A DNA stretch of 64,000 bases. Source: Takakia lepidozioides (taxonomy: Eukaryota > Plantae > Bryophyta). Made by a program: the position numbers and the translations under genes. The notes below the pieces were generated by a model. That model did not search any database, had not been told where the DNA came from, and saw only the letters and a program-made list of their open reading frames with translations. The stretch is taken from assembly GCA_030704615.1 (NCBI GenBank), contig CM060732.1, forward strand, positions 9,176,001 to 9,240,000, read 5' to 3'. Shown here one piece after another: positions 12,192 through 23,729 of the stretch (positions within the stretch are counted from its first letter, which is position 1; each line of letters starts with the position of its first letter).

Positions 12192-12935
12192 TGTCGCGGC
12201 CCTTTGCCTTGAGGGCAGGGGGTCGGGACACAAGAGGGGCTGTCCCTGTGGTGGGGGTAGCGGCAGCAAGTAGGAAAGACGGCTGAAGCACCCTTGAGTG
12301 CCAAAGGCATTCAAGGAGGCGGAGGAGCTCACTAGGTGGAACCCCGCAAACCGGGTTGCGGTAGGGGGGCTCCACGTGGGGTGGTGGTAGCTTAGGGAGT
12401 CGTAGTGGGGGTGGCATAAGACTCATCATGGGGATGAGGCCTTGTGGTGGGAGTCGTGGGGAGTCGTGGGGCTCACCACGGTCCATTGGGGCCATGGTAG
12501 GTGGGCCAAGAGTCACCGCGACTCATCACAGGGAGTCAAGGGTCTTAGTAGTGGTTCACCAGAAAAGGACTTGGCTGTTTGTGAGACTCTCGCCGACACC
12601 TACAAAAGTATATATAGGGAGTATTAACCCCGAGAACGGTGCAAGCCCGTTAAGTGACCAAAAGTTGTTGAATAAGCGAGCGAGCCAGAAAGTGACCAAC
12701 GTTGGGAGCTATTCCGGACTGCCAACAACCGAAGGGGATTTCCACTGGCCCCCATTGTTCGAGGGTTTAGGGTTTAGGGTTCGAGGGTTTCATGGAGGAG
12801 CAAGGGGGACCGTTATGTCCCAGTGTGCAGCCGAAGCTCCGAATCAGCCCGACAGCCAGTTTGGGAGTTAGGCGCGCCCATCAAAGCGAGTAACTATGAC
12901 TTGAAGGGGAGTTTACCAAAGTGAGGTGCGCGACA
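12192..12935 (+). mobile_element. LTR-like repeat (TGTCGCG...CGCGACA), no TSD
   Basis: 7-bp inverted termini. Strong similarity to 16140-16775 and, inverted, to 41312-41610. Contains TTTAGGG repeats at about 12765-12780. Confidence 0.7.
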
Positions 12936-13295
12936 ACTCCCAAGAGGTGGTGGAAAACTTAAAACTGAGGCAAAAGAGGAAGGTGCAAAAGAGGAGGCAA
13001 GAGAGTTCCATACAATAACTATTGAGCTTCATGGTATAATTAAACTGTTGCATGTGAATGGTGGAGTTAAGCAATTGCGAGAGTATATAAGTTTCCATGA
13101 GTGTATGGTACTATAAGTAATCGTATAAATGTAAGAATTCAGTACAATTGAGCATATTATGCATGAGTGGATGAGTTGATGGTGCAATGCATTAATTGTA
13201 TCTTATATGATCATACAGAAGTGTATAAAATAACAGGTGTAGGTTGAACAATGTTCATATGCATAATGTGAAAATATTAGGTTTGGGAGTGTCAT

Positions 13296-14830
13296 TTTTC
13301 TTTTCTTTTTTTCTTTTCTATTTTAAGGCCTGAGAGAGGCCGAATTTTATTTTGAAAAATGACGAAAAAACTAATCTCACATGACAAGCCATGGGGGATG
13401 AGGAAGGGGACACCGCCCCGTAATCAGATTGTCCAAGAAATCCTGTCACAAGCATAATAAGAAGAACTATAAGCTAGTCAAGGGTTCCCTCTCCTATGCT
13501 TGGAGGGTTCGAAAGAAAGGTGGGCCTTGGAATTTCCCTTTTTGAAGTTGCGGCGATGTCCCCAATTAATATATGATTTGTCACCATCAGCGGGGGAAAG
13601 GCGGGTGCTAACCGAGCTGCCAACACGACGGGAGGTTGTCATTCCACCTAATGATGGTATCAGAGGTTCTGCTACACAAATGGCTGCATTTTTCCCCAAG
13701 TGTTGTCAAAGCTGGAGAGTAACTGCACTCGCCTCCTCTTGGTACATCTGGGAAAAGCTGCAAAGAGGACATTCCACGCCTTCCTGGCTTCAGACAAAAT
13801 GTCTGAGTGCACTCTAAACATGATTACTTTTGTGTTGCTTCTTTGTCCCTCATAGACCATAGCACACCTAGCTTTCCATATATTCCATAGCGTGTGTACA
13901 CGAAGTGCAGCCCATATAGGGCATGGACTTCAAGTGCCAAGTGAGGAGGCATTCAACAGCAAAATAGAGGGAATTAGGGAGCAGTCGGAGTTACCATAAG
14001 CATAAAACATAAGGACGAGGTGCCAAACATAAGATGGAACATAGCAAAGCAAAAGACAGTGTTCTATCGTCTGTGAGCAGAAGAATGACATTCAATACAG
14101 TTGTCCAAATTTTTAGAGGCGAATGAGAGCACATGAAGTATATGATTGGCAATCTTCCAGAGAAAACCTGAAACTTTTGCTGCTCTATCTTTCCTCCAAA
14201 TATCAATCCAAACCTCTTTCCAGGGAAGGTCTGAACTGATGACATGCCACCATTTGGCATTCCATTTAGCAGACATGAGAGAGCCCAGGGGTTCATAAGG
14301 GAGTAACCCATCTTCACGGTATAGGCAAAGAATGGATCGTGCTTCTTGTTCATCCAAAACCATTCACCCGGGTCAAATTGAAGTAGCTTCAGAGGGGTGA
14401 ACATGAACCATCTAAAGCTTCCATAGAAATGTCCGTGGGTGCCAGGATAGGGTTAATAACATCCGTAGATTGACAGATCAAGACTCTGATAGCATATAAT
14501 GCAGAGGCTCCGGGGCAAGTGGCCCAAACAGGGTCAGAGAGATTCCAAAAGAGTCTATCCTAAGAGCAGAGAGAGGTCCAAGACCCAGGAATGTTCTGGG
14601 CGAGCAGGCCCCAAGCCGAAGCTCTTTTAGCTGAGATGGAGGAGCATGAATCATGTTGTGGAAAGAAGCGACCCGAATCCCATAAATGGGAGAAGTGTGA
14701 AATCCCAGCCTTCTCCCAAGCTGCCCATCTATTAGAACATTTAAGTAGGAGGTCTGAATCAGCAGACATCGATGTTTCGGTTGTTCTCTCAAGCCTTTCT
14801 ACCCTGGTGTGTTAAATGGTCCATGTTTGA
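13296..14830 (-). mobile_element. Plant L1-type LINE 3' fragment (zf-RVT region) with A-rich tail
   Basis: KW..W..WKEVWIDIW..KVSGFLWKIANHIL..CIEC motif. The T-rich tract at 13296-13325 is the A-tail on the - strand. Confidence 0.75.
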
Positions 14831-15364
14831 GGTATGCTTTCTTCTTTTTGTGTGTCTGTGTGCCTCTATGTGGCTGGCGGGATTACCATGCTTATAAACA
14901 CTCTCTGATGGGGTGATTACTGTACAAACATCCATGATGGCAACATTTGTCATATCAAAGACTCAAACACGACTTGGCAGGTGTCAACTGGTGCCCAAGA
15001 AAAGGTCGAAACACTCGACAGACAAAGCAATGAATTTGTGTTGGAGAAATCCACTGAGGTGGACTATCAGTCCTTCTACTCATTACTTTATATGTCTATA
15101 ACTATTTCATACCTCTTTGTGTGTCTGACCAGACATCCTTGCCTCTCAGGAGAGGGAAGAGAGAAGAGAAAACCAACTTCGGAGATCTCTCGGGGCTGTG
15201 GCTGTCACCAAAACTGACAATGAGGTATTTGGACGGGAGATCTCCTGTCCTATCATTCCTATGTAGATCTCTATGTCATTTGTATTTCGATCGATCCCAA
15301 AATACACTTTTTTTTTTCAAAAAAAAGTTTTCATGGACTTTTTTGAACTCATAATGCAAGTTTT

Positions 15365-16139
15365 AATTGATCGGACTGCTGAAAGAGCAGAAGTGTCCCT
15401 GCATCAGAAAGGAAATTATTGCAGAACCCGAACACCCAACTCTAGTAGTTGTCATCGAATTTGTTCCAGCTTGGCGTCTTGCCCTTCGGAAGAACTTCTG
15501 GAACAGCCTGGCCATCCGGGATGTCAATAATGATCATGTCAGCAGCAAACGTTTTCTGCACACCGCACACGAAGGAGGGACCAGTGCTCACCTGTGACAG
15601 ACATGTTCACTTTGAGAACGAAGAGAAGAATGTTTGAAAGGAAACAAAGATCAATACTGCCAATGTCACTTACAAATGCACAGGAAAGAAAGTGAAATTC
15701 CCACCAGATTAAGGAAAGAGATCATGTTATCCCAAGTAGGCGAAGGCACCCCAGTGTATCCTTTCTTCCGACTCTCCATTATCGCCAGCCATCCCTCATT
15801 GACAATTTTAATCTCCGCTGCCAAATCAGCACGGGAAGGGTGTGGCCTGGCATCGAACACGCACTGAATTGTGCGGGTATACCTTCCGGCGGTGAAGTCC
15901 TTCTCACTCTCCTTCTCCTTCTCCTTCTCTTTTTCTTTCTCCTTCCCCTTTTCCTTTTCCTTTTCCTTTTCCTTTTCCTTCTCCTTCGACTTGTCTTTGT
16001 CCTTTGTCTTCGCTGGTGACTTGGCTATGTCATCAGAACCCTTGTCTTTGGTCATGCGCCCCCCCTTCTTGCCCTTCTGACTACATATTTCGGGTACAGC
16101 TCCCAACTCTTTTGTTGACCTAATCTGTCTTTGCTCCCC
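15365..16139 (-). pseudogene. DNA-methyltransferase-like gene, copy 2 (fragment)
   Basis: A (KE)n linker and FDARPHPSR..VNEGWLAIMESRK..PSPTWD, then an intron, then ADMIIIDIPDGQAVPEVLP..PSWNKFDDNY*SWVFGFCNNFLSDAG. Clearly homologous to copy 1. Confidence 0.75.
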
Positions 16140-16775
16140 TGTCGCGGCCCTTTGCCTTGAGGGCAGGGGGTCGAGACGCAGGAGGGGCTGCCCCTGTGGT
16201 GGGGGCAGTGGCAGCGATAGGTTCGGGGGGCTGAAGCACCCTTGAGTGCCCAAAGCACTCAAGGAGGCGGAGGCGTTCACTAGGTGGAGCCCCGCACACC
16301 GGGTTGCGGTGGGGGTGGCTCCACAAGGGGTGGTGGTAGCTTAGTGGGACTTAGTGGGGGTGGCATAGGACTCACCATGGGGCGGAGACCTTGTGGTGGG
16401 AGTCATGGGGAGTCTTGGGACTCATCACGGTCCAATGGGGCCGTGGTGGGTGGGCCAAGACTCACCGTGACTCATCACCGGGAATCGAGGGTCTTCGTGG
16501 TGGTTCGCCATAAAATGACATGGTTGTTTGTGAAACCCCCGCGGACAGTCACAAAAGTATATATAGGGAGTAGTAACCCCGAGAACGGTGCAAGCCCGTT
16601 GGTGACCAAAAACTAGTGAGTAAGCGAGCGAGCCGGAAAGCGACCAAGGAGTGGGGAGCTATTCTGGACTGCCATCTACCAAAGGGAATTTCCACTAGGC
16701 CCAAATTGGTGGGTCTGGTGGAAGAGTAAAGGGGGACCGTCAAACCCGACAAACTGTCTGACCCCACATTCGACA
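16140..16775 (+). mobile_element. Solo LTR-like repeat (TGTCG...CGACA), mismatched flanks
   Basis: Homologous to 12192-12935. The flanks TCCCC and TGTGG do not form a TSD. Confidence 0.7.
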
Positions 16776-16879
16776 TGTGGATGAACCGCATGACATGGTG
16801 GTTTCAGGTACTTTCCAACGCTTCATTTGGCGCTTCTACTCTTGTATCTGGTGGATTTATTGTATTTATTGAGGAATGC

Positions 16880-19800
16880 GGTCTGATGGAGAATCTCCAC
16901 AGGTGACGACAAATGCGCAAGAGCAGCTTGACACCCAAGCACATCAGTTCAAACTGGAGATTTCTGGAGAAGCAGAGAGCCTACGCGACTATGTGGCGAG
17001 GTACTTTCTGCTCTACAAAACCGACCTGTTCTTTTGAGAGATACCGCATGTCCGCCGGAGCCACGAGTTCACCGACCAGCCGAACGCGGACAAAGCGGCA
17101 ATGCGCCTTCTGTACAGGTAAATATGCGGTGCTCCTCTTTGATCTGTGGCCATTGTAGTCCCTGGAGTTCCTGGATGTAAAATGGCTTGTGTGGGGCATG
17201 ACAACTGGTTGTGAAGAAATGGCTAAGTCCCCGGAAAAATGGCGCCGAATTTCTAGATTCGGGCCCCGAAAATGGCCAAGTCCCGGGGGCGGCTGGCGCC
17301 CATTCTGGAAATTTGGCGCCATTTTTCCAGGTTGGGGCCCAGCCATTTCTGGGACATGGCCACTTTCGAACCCAGCCTGGAAAAATGGCGCCGAATTTGC
17401 AGTTTCGGGCCCCGAAAATGGCTAAGTCTCGGGGGTGGCTGGCACCCATTCTGGAAATTCGGCGCCATTTTTCCAGGCTGGGTCCGAAAGTGGCCATGTC
17501 CCAGAAATGGCTGGGCCCCAAAAATGGCGCCGAATTTCCAGAATGGGTGCCAGCCACCCCCGGGACTTAGCCATTTTCGGGGCCCGGAACTGCAAATTCG
17601 GCGCCATTTTTCCAGGCTGGGTCCGAAAGTGGCCATGTCCCAGAAATGGCTGGGCCCCAACCTGGAAAAATGGCGCCGAATTTCTAGAATGGGTGCCAGC
17701 CACCCCCGGGACTTAGCCATTTTCGGGGCCCAGAACTGGAAATTCGGCGCCATTTTTCTAGGCTGGGTCCAAAAGTGGCAAAGTCCCAGAAATGGCTGGG
17801 CCCCAACCTGGAAAAATGGCGCCAAATTTCCAGAATGGGTGCCAGCCACCCCCGGGACTTAGCCATTTTCGGGGCCCGGAACTGCAAATTTGGCGCCATT
17901 TTTCTAGGCTGGGTCTGAAAGTGGCCAAGTCCCAGAAATGGCTGGGCCCCAACCTAGAAAAATGGCGCAAAATTTCCAGAATGGGTGCTAGCCGCCCCCA
18001 GGACTTAGCCATTTTCGGGGCCCGAATCTGGAAATTCGGCGCCATTTTTCCAGCTTGGGCCCCAAAGTGGCTAAGTCCCAGAAGGGGCTGCCTCGCCCAC
18101 GGGAAAAATGGCGCCGAATTACCAGTTTCGTTGCCCGCCACCCTGGGGAGCCGGGAGCAGCGCCCCCCCCCCCCCGCATGGAAATTCGGCACCATTTTTA
18201 CAATTTCTTACTAAAACATTAACCTCATTCCCGGGACCTGATTCTCTGTGGGTTACTTGAATGCAGGTACTACAAGTTCTCCCTATTGGAGAAAGGTCAT
18301 ATGTCCTTCGAGCCGCCATTCTTCCTTGCATGGAGGAACCCTGGAGTTGATTCCATGTACACTGATGCTATCGTGAAGGAGTGGCATCTGGAGCATTTGC
18401 GCGACTGCCCTTGGTATGTGGACCTTCCGCCCGGCTCGCTCGACGCCTCCGAGTTTCAATTGAAGTTGGATGCTGAGGCCCGTCGAAACCGGGCTCTGCT
18501 GCCTCCGCTGGGTCCAAAGGAGGCGAAAGGGCTTGCCAAGTCTAGGAAAGCGGCAGAGCTTGCTCAGGCAGGTATTCAGGAGAAGTTGAATGAGAAGAAT
18601 AAAGGACAGAAGAAAAAGACACGGAAACAGGGGACTGTAGTAATCCCTAAAAATCAGAAAACCACCGGGGCACGAGAGGAGGCGCAGGAGGGGCCCAAAG
18701 GGAGTGACTTCAACGACGACTTTGTGCAAGGTCCTGCGACTGCTGCTGCTACTGCTACCAAGTCACCGGTTGTCCGGGTTCCCAAGTCAGCTCGGACTGG
18801 AAGAAGATGGCATATGAGGGCGAGCCTACACGGAGGTATTCGGCGGTGATGTTTCCCCAGAGGCCAAAGCTAGAACCCCCAACAATCATCCAATGCGTCA
18901 ATGAGAGCTTCCTTGATGCTTTGGCTGCCAGGGTGAAGAAGGTGGCATACAACAAGTCTCTGGAGGAGCTGAAGGGGAAAGCCAAGAAGAGGGCTGCCGG
19001 TACAGAGCCTAAAACACACCCTTGGTTTGGAAGCCATGATGGAATTCTTCACGGCTGTGAGCACGGATTGTAAGAGCACTCGGGGGGGGGGGGGTTGAGG
19101 TGGAGAGAGCCTGCGATATGATTCTCCTCGATATTCCAGATGGGGAGCTGCTGGAGGGCCTGGATGGTGCCCACCTGGAACAAGTTTACGGAGGACTACT
19201 GGAGAGCCAGGTTTGGGCTGGCGGGATGCTCCTAGATGACGGTGGATGTATGGTGGTCCTTGCCACAAGAGGGAAGACCACAGAGAATGCTGTGGCAAGG
19301 TGGACATTGGAAAGTGCCACCCCGGTCCTCCTCAAAAAATGGTTCTACATCAATAAGCAGGGGTTGCGAACAGAGGGCTAGAGTGTAAGTTATCAATCTA
19401 TTGCCTTCACTTCATATCGTGGTGTATCTAAACTAGACCTTGGAGTTGATCCCTTTTTTGTTGGATGTGCAGACATTGGTGTTTGAGGCATATTGTTTTG
19501 TGATGAGAGGGTCTACATTCAAATTCCGCAACGACGGTCGTCTTGTTGATGCCGTTGTGGACCCTGTTACCTACAATGTCCTCTACAACTATGTGCCCCA
19601 CTCCAGTATGCCAAAGGACACAAAGACAAGCAAACCGTGGCGGTACAGCCGGACCCGGAGCCCTGCTTTCATCCAAACCCTCATGGAGACGTGCTCCGAT
19701 GTCTAAGGGTGGATTCTTGACCTCACATGTGGCACAGGTAAGCCTTCACGTGCACAGTATGTCCCCTGGCCCGATTGCAATTGCATGCCGCCTACTACTA

Positions 19801-20609
19801 ACCGCCCGCTTTGTCCCTCAGGTGCTTCAATGTGGGCTGGGACGTTGTCCGATAGGCATGTCTTCTCCTTCGAGCTAGATACTGCCCTCCACAACTCCGA
19901 ACTTGTAGCGGTTGAACGTCTGCCGAAAGAGGAAGAGGCATCCTCGAAGGATGAGGAAGAATCCGAGAAGGAGCAGGGGGAGGTACAAGTTGGGATCGCG
20001 GCCGAGGAGCCCCCGGTTTATGAGGGAGTGGTCGCATTGTAAGTTGCCTCCTGATTTCGTGAGGCACCTCCCATCGCTCTCTTATTTCATTGAAAGACCC
20101 TTTCTGCTTCTGATGGTATTGACATTCTTGAAAAGTGGATTTGTTCTTATTGTAGGATGCCAAGTACTGCAAGAGGGACGTCTACACCGCAGTTCATGGG
20201 CAGGAGGAACGTGCATTTTTTTGCCAGGGGGGATTTCATGCCGAGTCCAGAAAGGGACTATATCCTTCATACTTATGCTGCCCGGCTTGCTTCGGTGTCC
20301 ATTAGGAGGTCTTCCGAACCTAGTCGTGTACAGCAGATTTTAGATGAGGCAAGCATCAAGAAAATGAAGATGAGGGAGGAGGCAGCAGCTATTAGAGCCC
20401 GTCAGGCTCGTAGATTTGTCTTGGATTCTGCCGAGGAAAGTGGGGGAGAAGAGGCAGAAGATTCCCAGGAGGTGAGGTGGACAGTCCCCCAAGGAGAGGA
20501 CGGTATTTTTGAGAGGCATAGTGGAATTGATGCATCTCAGAGCTCGGAGGATGGGGGGGATGAGGGGGATGAGGAGGAAGGTGGGGCAAGTTCCTCAGAG
20601 GGTGTATGA
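16880..20609 (+). pseudogene. Spliced beta-class amino-DNA-methyltransferase-like gene, copy 3 (5' part lost)
   Basis: Exons in order: LRDYVARY..AAMRLLYR; intron 17118-18266; MYTDAIVKEWHLEHLRDCPWYVDLP; CDMILLDIPDG..LLDDGGCMVV; intron 19385-19472; TLVFEAYCFV..RSPAFIQTLMETCSDV*GWILDLTCGTG; intron 19738-19821; ASMWAGTLSDRHVFSFELD; acidic tail. Motif IV before motif I is the beta-class order. Confidence 0.8.
17215..18200. repeat. GC-rich intronic array of about 146-bp units with inverted symmetry
   Basis: Repeating AAAATGGCGCCGAATTT / AAATTCGGCGCCATTTT, GGGCCCC and CCCCCGGGACTTAGCC blocks. Near-identical ORF translations on both strands reflect the dyad symmetry. Confidence 0.9.
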
Positions 20610-20704
20610 GAGTAGTGCCCATTCCGGCTATGTCATTTAGGACACACTTGTATAGATGTGGCTTGCCACAAAATTTGCAATAAAATGTTGCATTTCATTG
20701 CTAT

Positions 20705-22994
20705 GACGAGTCCACTAACACCCTTGGAATAGGGGCAACTTGGTCACGCCATGTGTTCTGCCAATACTTTAGAACACTCGTGATGGCAGCCTTGAAATTG
20801 TCCAACACCTCCTCCTGCTGGGGGTCTCTGCAACTCTGGAAGAAATGGCCCATCATCCCGACGAGGCACCCGATACGTCTCATTTATATCCTCCCAACGG
20901 ATACTAGCGGCCTCCAACTCCCTCAGAAATAGGTCTCTCCCAATCGGTTCACGATTGTATATGTCGTTTTCCACTGGCACCCACGGATCCTCAAGCAGTC
21001 GGAAGAATCTTTGTCTGGTACAGCTCCAATGCCCTCCCAAGTTCCGGCAAAAAAACTCCCTTTGGACTGGGTCCCGTATGCCTCTAGCACGCACGGTTAT
21101 TTCCCAGTTGGATGTCACCCAAAAGGTCACCGGATCTTTAACCCTAGTTAACGTCTTCGCATCCAAGGCGTGCATCTCTCTTGGAGCATCCCATGTCATT
21201 GTCTCCCCCAGTGCTGCCAATTTAAAAATCGTAAGGCGATACATCCAATGACATGTTGTACCGGTTGTACTCGTATCCCGTGGGCATATTGTCTTGCAAC
21301 CCAAATAACTCGTAGAAACGTCGATGGATTGGTCCACGGCAGTCAGGGCATTGGCTGGCTTGCATGGCTGCCGATATGAGATATGTGGGATGGAACAAAT
21401 GGCCACATGAACCAAGCATATAGTCTCCCTCCGGTCCATAAGGGTTTAGGCACATTGTGCACACCGTACCATCTGTTACCCATGACGCTGGATTGCTCTG
21501 TGGTATCCACGTCCGTTTATCCTCATTAATGTAGGATGACATCCTCGGCCTGGTGTCCCACTCCTCCTCTACTTCCAAATCCCAGTTTATGCTGTTATTA
21601 GTATCGGAAATTGTATGCACACAGTGCTCAAACATGGCATGCACATCATCCCATGTGGTGAATCCAGTGTACTTTGACATGAATACATCACGCACAGTGT
21701 CGTGCCTTTGCAAATTAGCATAGATGCTATCTACGCTTCGATTCGACAAACGTGCTGCACGTTGGAGGGAGGACAACGCTTCTTCTATCCGTGTTTCCCG
21801 CGATGCTAGATGGCCTGCCCATGTCACCAAATTCCGCCAATTCCTCTTCAACCATGGCCACGATTGGATTTGCATGGCATTTGAGTACCGATATGACAGC
21901 CCTAGCTTGCTCGCGTTCCCCCACAAGCTGCTCTAATTCCTGTTCTTGGGCCGATGTAATTTGCACGGCTGAACATTCCTCAGTTTCTACTATGGGGTCC
22001 TTCCCTTTTCTTGCCCTCTTCGCAGCAAGTATTTCTTCCTCAACCCTCGCCGGGTCCAGTTCAGACGTTTGCACTTCATTCCCATGCCCGATTGAGTCAA
22101 CCCCGTCGATGACGCGGTCAATGTCCATTGGTGGCATATTCAAACGCGCCAATATGTCTTGTTCGTTGGTGATTGGCCTCGGGTCCTGAAGCACACCGCG
22201 TACGCTGTCGAAAGTCCCCAACCCCATTCTTTCCAGCAACTTCGCTAGTTGCCACCGTTGCAAATGAACAATGTTCTGCAGGTCTTTGATGTGTTGTTCA
22301 TGTGCGGCCAACTGTTCCTCCAACGGAGAGCGTACCTCGCCCCCCTCCACCTCAGACGTTGAAGGCCCGGCTGCGGAGACCTGTTGCGGCGTATAATCTG
22401 GAGGTTGGTCTGCATTTCCTCCTTCTTCCACATCGTCGTTTCCATCCGTCTTTCCTTCTTCTTCCACCTCGTCGTTTCCATCGAACCGTATGATGTCCTG
22501 CCCCTGACGTATATACAAGTCTGGGATATCAGAGAACATGTATAGTCTAGTACGTTGTCTCGCAGTGGCAGTTTGCCAATCCACCGGTCGCAATAAAATC
22601 AACTATGTATACAACATGGCCGCAAATAAATACGGGACCTTGTTGTTGACGAGCGGTTGACCCCACAATGTTGTATGTACCTCCTCTACCCTGTGGCGGA
22701 AATGCGGGTTAGTGCAGGAATGCAAGCTAGCTTGATTTTGTTTGGTTGTGGATTATGCCTATCTCTGGGCCACAAACGATTTATGTGACACCAGTCCACA
22801 AATTTCCTGCAGTCACCAAGCGACCACCGCTGCCCCAACTTCCAAACTTCCCAACTTGGTTCCGCAAGAATGTTGGGGTCATTGTATATATCCCAACGAA
22901 GTTCACGCCTGACCCCTTTTGGTTTTTTTTTTGGAGGTCCAGGTTCATTATCGTCATCCCTGGGATGACCTCCTCTGTCTTCTTCCTCCGCCAT
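20705..22994 (-). pseudogene. RING-H2 protein, copy 2, with long N-terminus (NLS-like, acidic, coiled-coil)
   Basis: MAEEED..PPKKKPK.., acidic and coiled-coil segments, then TWIPQSNPASWVTDGTVCTMC..CGHLFH..CPDC and the FWVTSNWEITVRARG domain, which is nearly identical to copy 1. Frameshifts; 3' end truncated. Confidence 0.8.
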
Positions 22995-23417
22995 TTATGG
23001 CTTTGGCTTACCCCTACTCGACAGGTGTTTGTTAAGAAAAATGCTCTCCCAACCCTCCTAAATCGTATCTAATCCTACTCCCTAATGAATCCTCCCCAAG
23101 TACTAGAGGCACGTGTCACTCCCTCGGCAGTTCTAAGTGATATGACGCAATATGAAAAAAACGTGGGTGCTAGAGAAGGCTTCCCGGGAGGTACTCAGCA
23201 TCGATTTCGTAGAATCCAACGGCCCAAAATACCCCCCACCCAACCAATAGCACCCCTCTCCACTTGGACTCAATGACAAGGAATGCAACATCCCATCGCC
23301 CACCAAGTCCTAGTGTGGAAAAAAGTGAGGGAGAGAATGGCCTCCAAGGCCTTATAAGCCCCCCCCTCCACACTCGGGGCGCGCGCTGTCATCATGACTG
23401 CGCACGCTAGTAATAGC

Positions 23418-23700
23418 TGCGACTGCAAGCAGGGGTGGTCGCATATTTTTTTCTTTTCTTTATGTGCGACCTCCAACAGGGGGTGGTCGCAGAATTTTTA
23501 TTTTTTTTAATAGGTGCGACCACCAGCAGGGGGGTGGTCGCAGATTTGTTTATGTTTTTTAATGGGTGCGACCACCAGCAGAGGGGTGGTCGCAGATTTG
23601 TTTATTTTTTTTAATGGGTGCGACCACCAGCAGGGGGGTGGTCGCAGAATTTTTATTTTATTTAATATGTGCGACCACCAGCAGGGGGGTGGTCGCAGAT
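23418..23700. repeat. Palindromic array TGCGACCACC-AGCAGGG-GGTGGTCGCA with T-rich linkers (about 5-6 units, about 52-bp period)
   Basis: Directly visible. Lies upstream of RING copy 2 and abuts a Gypsy pol fragment. Confidence 0.9.
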
Positions 23701-23729
23701 TTGCTTACATGGGTCATTGGCTTGTGTAT

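Noticed and set aside
12761-12790. TTTAGGG repeats as a telomere or healed break
   Set aside because: Only 2-3 units inside an LTR-like repeat.
15666-16280. 204-aa ORF as a real gene
   Set aside because: Chimeric read-through from LTR sequence into a methylase-gene exon.
17069-18214. Many overlapping 90-200 aa ORFs on both strands
   Set aside because: Artefacts of a GC-rich symmetric repeat lying inside a predicted intron.
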